Shown here piece after piece: positions 58,282 through 64,000 of a stretch of 64,000 nucleotides of DNA. The position numbers and the translations under genes were made by a program. This DNA is from Chrysomallon squamiferum (Eukaryota; Animalia; Mollusca): positions 18,476,001 through 18,540,000 of the forward strand of contig CM022672.1 in NCBI GenBank assembly GCA_012295275.1, read 5' to 3'. Within the stretch, counting starts at the first letter, position 1. Each line of letters starts with the position of its first letter. Under the pieces are notes generated by a model that had not been told where the DNA came from, did not search any database, and saw only the letters and a program-made list of their open reading frames with translations.

Positions 58282-58589
58282 CCACTGTCAGTAGAGCCGG
58301 CATAATGAAAATGAACAAACTCGTATGACATATTTGATTCTAAGAACGGTCTAGTGTTTCAATCTGCGTCATTCAACAGAGACAAGAGATCTCTGCGAGT
58401 CCTTCTCCTTCTGGTTAATATCAGTATCAGAACACAGAAAGAAAGAAAAAAAAATGTATCTTTCATATTCAGTATGAACAGATGGGTTTGTGCGTAATAT
58501 AGTGGGTAGTGGCTTTGTTGCAGAAGGTAAGCGAGAAAAGGTCGTAGAATATTAGCCAAGAGCCAGTAAAGAAAGGAATCTGATGTTGT

Positions 58590-58900
58590 TACGACAAAGT
58601 GCCTCGGGGCCCGAGAGATCGTGGGATCAGCTCCCCGGTCGGTGTTTTTTCCGTTTGCTTGATTGGTTCATTAAAAGCCCCGGTAGGGGGCGTCCTGGTT
58701 CTTTTCACTGGAAACGTGAAAAACGTGTCGTGCTCGTGGAAATAACGAAACGCCTCGACAATGACGTCTGATTAACGGAATTAAGGCCATCGATATAAAC
58801 AAAATGTCCGTGAACTGCGAATTAGACGGTTTGAATCGTCGTAGTTTCTCATTCCAGGGACTAGGATTCCCTTGATTCGTGGAGTATAAAAAGCAGGAAT
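58590..58900 (+). promoter_or_regulatory. Candidate Pol II promoter island
   Basis: GC/CpG-rich; inverted CCAAT (GATTGG 58661-58666), GC-box-like GGGGGCGT (58686-58693), TATAAAAAG (58885-58893); flanked by (CT)n and (GA)n. Confidence 0.45.
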
Positions 58901-58909
58901 GAGAATGTG

Positions 58910-59034
<125 letters not shown>

Positions 59035-59650
59035 TTCCTACATAGATACTTGTTGTTGTTTTTTTTTACCTTTTTAGCCTACCCCCAGCAATCATCACCA
59101 CCACCACCTCAACGACAATTATAAAAATTCTAATAATAAATAAAGGATGACGATATTGATGACGATAACAATCTAAAATCGGTATCACCAACCTTAATTA
59201 TTACATCCTACAACAAATCTGAACAATTCGCCCACCAACCAACGACCGACCGACTTACCTTGCAAAAACCATTTCTTTTTTTTTTTTTTTTTTTTCTTTT
59301 CTTTTAAATTTCGAGTCTGCGCTCGCTTATGTGAAAACACGACGATTAAAATAACTCTGAATTATTGTTAGCTAACTATCAAGTGTTAAGGAGTTTTCTC
59401 TCGAGACTCCGTTAGACGCTGAAGCGGTAAAACTTTGCGTACATTACGTTCCGCGTCGGAAACTATTAGCATACGACTGGTTCCAATCCGTGTCGATCGT
59501 AACCGACTCGACGCGGTTAGACTCAGAACACCGATTCAGATCGAACTAGTTTCCGATCGGTTCTCGGATGTGTTCGGCGAACCACATGAAAGATTCTGTT
59601 TTATGTGTAGAGTTTTGTTCTGACTGAAAAATTCGTGGAGCACACAGAAA

Positions 59651-59695
59651 ATGGGCTCGGAAGAAAAACATCACCGGCTTCGGAGAGTTCGAAAG
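59651..59695 (+). CDS. Candidate first coding segment MGSEEKHHRLRRVRK (phase-0 donor); product unidentified
   Basis: ATG in strong Kozak context (GAAAATGG: A at -3, G at +4) at the end of a CpG-dense island (59310-59695), followed by 15 codons and AAG|GTAGGG. No downstream exon identified in the window. Confidence 0.35.
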
Positions 59696-60256
59696 GTAGG
59701 GAATGGTTTTAGTTTTTTGTTTTGTTTGTTTTCTTTTACAATACGATAAAAATATTAATGTGAACTTTGAGATCAATAACGTGAACTGTTAAACTGGATT
59801 TGTTGTAAAAACTCTTCTGATTTCTTGTAACGTATTTGTTTAACAATGTGTGAAGGCGTTTAAAGATGTTTCATGGATTTGATGAGCCTATGCTTGTAGC
59901 AGTATCTGCGCTTTTTATCTATCTATCTGTCTAGTTACACACACACATATACACACACAAACTCACACACACACAGACACACACACGTATTACAATTTTC
60001 ATAAACAGCTATTAAATATAATATGTGTATTTAACAGCATATAGTATCTGGGTTATTTTATAGACCTAAGAATGTACCTCTGTTATATTTTGAAAATATG
60101 GTATTCTACATAGTTTCTACTCGTGTCTATTATCTATTACACGTTTTATAAATTATGCACTCATTAGATATATATATATATATATATATGCACACACAGA
60201 TAAAACAAAGCTTGGTACCCGTTAATAATCATGTCAATACTGTCTTACCTGTTACT

Positions 60257-60307
<51 letters not shown>

Positions 60308-61453
60308 TGCATGTATGTATTTACAACTGGTATTTACAACAGCTATTTACAACTGGTATTTTCTCATACAACTAACAACAGCTCATACACAGCAAGTAAT
60401 TTTGTTTGATATACAGCACACACTGTTAATATTTTGATGTGTCTTAACTCTCATGTTTTCTATCCGTGATATCTGTTACTGTTATTTCAGTTTACGTATT
60501 TAACGTGAAATAACATCCGATATACTTTTTACATGCCATGCATTTAGCTATGTGTATTATATTTTATTAGTTATATATATATGTATATATAACACTGGTC
60601 GATATCGTCAGGTTTGTGATATGAATGTACATGAATTTTGTTTCATGTTTCCTAGATCTTTATATTTTGGGACTATCTAATCCAAATATACACATTTAAT
60701 AGGATTATTTATCAGTTTTTATCTGTTTCGAGCTTGTCTTACCATTCAAAAGCGAATTTTAGATGGTGTCAAACTTGGATAAAGAAACATAGATCTTTAC
60801 TTATCTTTTTTATAACTGAAAGACGTACAGCATTTATTATCAATTATCGACAGCAACAAATGCAGTAAAAGATAAAATCCAAACCAACAAATAAATAAAA
60901 TAAAAAATAAAAAATAGAAGTAATGATAATGATGATAAGAATAATAATAATAATATTCACAATAATAATAATGACGGTGATGATGATGATGATGATAATC
61001 GCGATGATGAAAAATATACGAAATACTGTCACGTATTTTCCCACAGAGAAAAACATTTTTATACATTCAGAAGATACGTTTAACTAAAACAACGCTTTAA
61101 CCTCTGCATTATGCAATACAGCAAAATAAAACTAATTTCAATACAGACAACTCTGTTTTGCTTTATTCCCCTTATTTCTTCGTATGCACACCACTTACTA
61201 GCTGTGTGACTTGTTCTTTCCTCTCGTGTAAGCGCTGTCTCGCGCTTTCAGCTGTGTGCTGTGCTGTGTAATAATTGCAGGGGCGTCCACAGGAAGACTG
61301 AAGGCTAAATTCTAAGTTATTGTGAGACACCGGTGTTTATTTTTGTAGTGACGAATAGAAATAGTTAATATCTTGCTACATTTGAAATTAGTGATCGCTC
61401 AGTCACTGTCACAGGTTTTAGATTTACTCAGTTATTGCTGTCTGGAGGAGTTG

Positions 61454-61486
<33 letters not shown>

Positions 61487-62155
61487 TTATTTAAAAATAT
61501 TACATAATTATCTGTATTTAAAAGCAGCGTTTTCTAATGGTTTTTGTAATACAGAAATTACGTCATACTCGCTTGGTTGCACATACTCGCTTGGTTGCGT
61601 AGTTGACACTGTCGTGGTCGTAGTTGGTCTTGCCTTCGTCGTTGCTGTTGAGTTTGCGTGAAAATATTTTCTTCTTTTAGCATAGCTGGTTTTCAAACAC
61701 CAGTTGATAGTAATATAAAGGAGCGTTCACACGAATGAACTTGAAGTAACCTTCTCTCATCACTATATTTGAGATGGCAACAGATTAATGTTAACTGCAG
61801 CATCTCAAAAACTCAACTGTCAAACATCGGACTTGATTATCAAGATTAATGGCGACAATATCTTCCTCTCCTATGTTTTTTTTTTTAGGCGAAATCAGAA
61901 ATTCCTTGCTGAAATATATTGATTTTTCTTAACAGTTTTGCTTTTCTTTTGCCCCCTTTCTTTCAAAGTTTTTGAACCAGCGGTCACAATCAGAATCTGC
62001 AGACAGAAAGATTTTTTAAATTCTGCAACGACGCAGAGTTGTAATTACGAGCTGTGATGAGAAAATTCAATTATGTTTTCTCGGCTCACATAAATCAGTC
62101 TGTTTTAACAAACGAAATATCAGTGATAGGCTACTTCTTATATTATTATTATTAT

Positions 62156-62186
<31 letters not shown>

Positions 62187-63139
62187 GTCGGGGGAGTTTT
62201 ATCTTATTATACTGTTATTGATTTTTTATATATATATATATATATATATGAATATAAAATATTTTGTCTAAATAGTAAAAACCTAACCAAACAACTTCAC
62301 CTAGCAACATAAATATAACACTGATGTAATATTTACAAAAGAAATTTACTGTCATATCTGTCATGAATTGCATGAAATATTAATACAGTTTATGTAACAC
62401 ATCATCTTTATTATCAACATTATTTTCGTCGATATTATTATTATCATTATTACTGTTGGTATTTTTATTGCTGTTGCTCTTGTTTTTTTTAGGATAACGA
62501 TGTATGGTTATTATTGATTGTTATCGTCATGATTATCATTATAATTATTATTATTGCTAATTTATTACTTTGGTATTGATTTATTGTCATTGATGTTATT
62601 GTCATTGTTACTGTACTAATGTTGTTGTTGTTATTATTATTATATCATAGACTCTAGAGGTATATTCAGTTATTGTTGTTAGTATATTGCATAACGGCTC
62701 ACGAAGAAGAGAGAAAATTTTAGATTAAATGTATTAATAATGACTACTTCAAAATTCAATAACCGATGTATCAAGGGAACACTGATACACTATAAAAAAT
62801 TTAAACAGATCGAATGTTGTATATTCCTGTGCACGAACACACTCCATTATATATTCATATATTATTATTATCAGCAAAAAAATATATATATATAAAAATT
62901 ACAATAATTAACATGAAAATTACTTTCATAAACATTTCATTTACAAACGCGAAGCAGTTTCTTTAAGAAATTTATTTGATTTTCAAATATCATCTTTTTA
63001 TTTTTCTTCAAGATATTCAAAAAAAAAAAAAAAAAAAAAATAAAATAAGCAAGCACGTGTATAACTGAAGAATTTTCTGATATATTTTTATATCATATTC
63101 TTCTTCTATTTGCCTGGAATGTATAAGCCAATTTCGCCT

Positions 63140-63175
<36 letters not shown>

Positions 63176-63539
63176 TTCCTTTCGTTTTAAACACTTTTAT
63201 TCACGATTTCGTACTGAACACTTCTTTACATTTTCTATCCTCTTATCTTCATTTCTTTGAGATTCCTTTGACGTCCCCTAAAAATGTAGTCTTGATGGAG
63301 AGGAATTTGACTTTTAAATTCACTGGTGAAAAAAAAGAAAAAGAAACAAAAACAAATAGAGTTAAAAACGTTATCTACTGTAAGCTGAAATATTTATGCG
63401 TTGCGTACTTTCGAGAATGTCAAACACTTGAGATGTTTTTGTTAAGCGAAACTGATAAAATACCGTTAGAATATTTTTTTTTTGTTTATATATATTTTTT
63501 TTGTTTAGGATATAAGTAGACAGACAAATATAAAAACTG

Positions 63540-63780
63540 ATACATACATACATACATACATACATACATACATACATACATACATACATACATACATACA
63601 TACATACATACATACATAAATACATACATACATACATATATACTTAAATATAGATACATACATACATATATACTTCTACATACACATACATACATACATA
63701 CATACATACAAACACACATACATGTATACATACATACATAGTACATAAGTATGAACATACATGGTACGTACGTACATACA
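63540..63780. repeat. (CATA)n microsatellite
   Basis: Directly visible. Confidence 0.95.
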
Positions 63781-63799
63781 TGCATAATACCGACAGCAC

Positions 63800-64000
63800 A
63801 GTAGCAATAACTGCAGCAAGAGTAGCAGCAACAACAGCAACAATAATAACAATAACAACAACAACAATAATAACAATAACAACAGCAACAATAATAACAA
63901 TAACAACAGCAACAATAATAATAATAACAACAACAACAAAAGTAATAATAATAATAAATAAATAAATAAATAAAGAAGAAGAAGAAGAAGAAGAAAGAAG
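63800..64000. repeat. (AAC/AAT/AGC)n, (TAAA)n and (GAA)n tracts
   Basis: Directly visible. Confidence 0.92.

Noticed and set aside
61768-61809. Hairpin TTTGAGATG...CATCTCAAA
   Set aside because: Only 9 contiguous pairs and too short for a pre-miRNA; plausible by chance.

Overview
AT-rich eukaryotic genomic DNA packed with microsatellites. It is probably from an invertebrate, and the SINE family suggests a mollusc (inference). I recognise no protein-coding gene, rRNA or tRNA, and almost all ORF-track entries are translations of simple repeats. The window looks like the long intronic/5'-regulatory region of one + strand gene: a candidate non-coding exon at 28789-28973, a promoter-like island near 58.6-58.9 kb, and a candidate first coding exon (MGSEEKHHRLRRVRK) ending at 59695. 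It also holds several minisatellites, two tRNA-derived SINE families and many short CpG-rich unique islands. The most striking structure is a ~0.95-kb inverted duplication (10.73-11.66 kb vs 21.76-22.75 kb) enclosing ~10 kb. Its arm-to-arm transitions are skewed toward G·U wobble-compatible changes on the + strand, as expected for a long-range RNA duplex, although transcription-linked mutation bias could give the same pattern. A smaller GA/CT-anchored inverted pair (53.06/58.28 kb) and a candidate recursive splice site (47924/47925) fit a model of long-range RNA processing in a large intron. All alignments and counts were done by eye.
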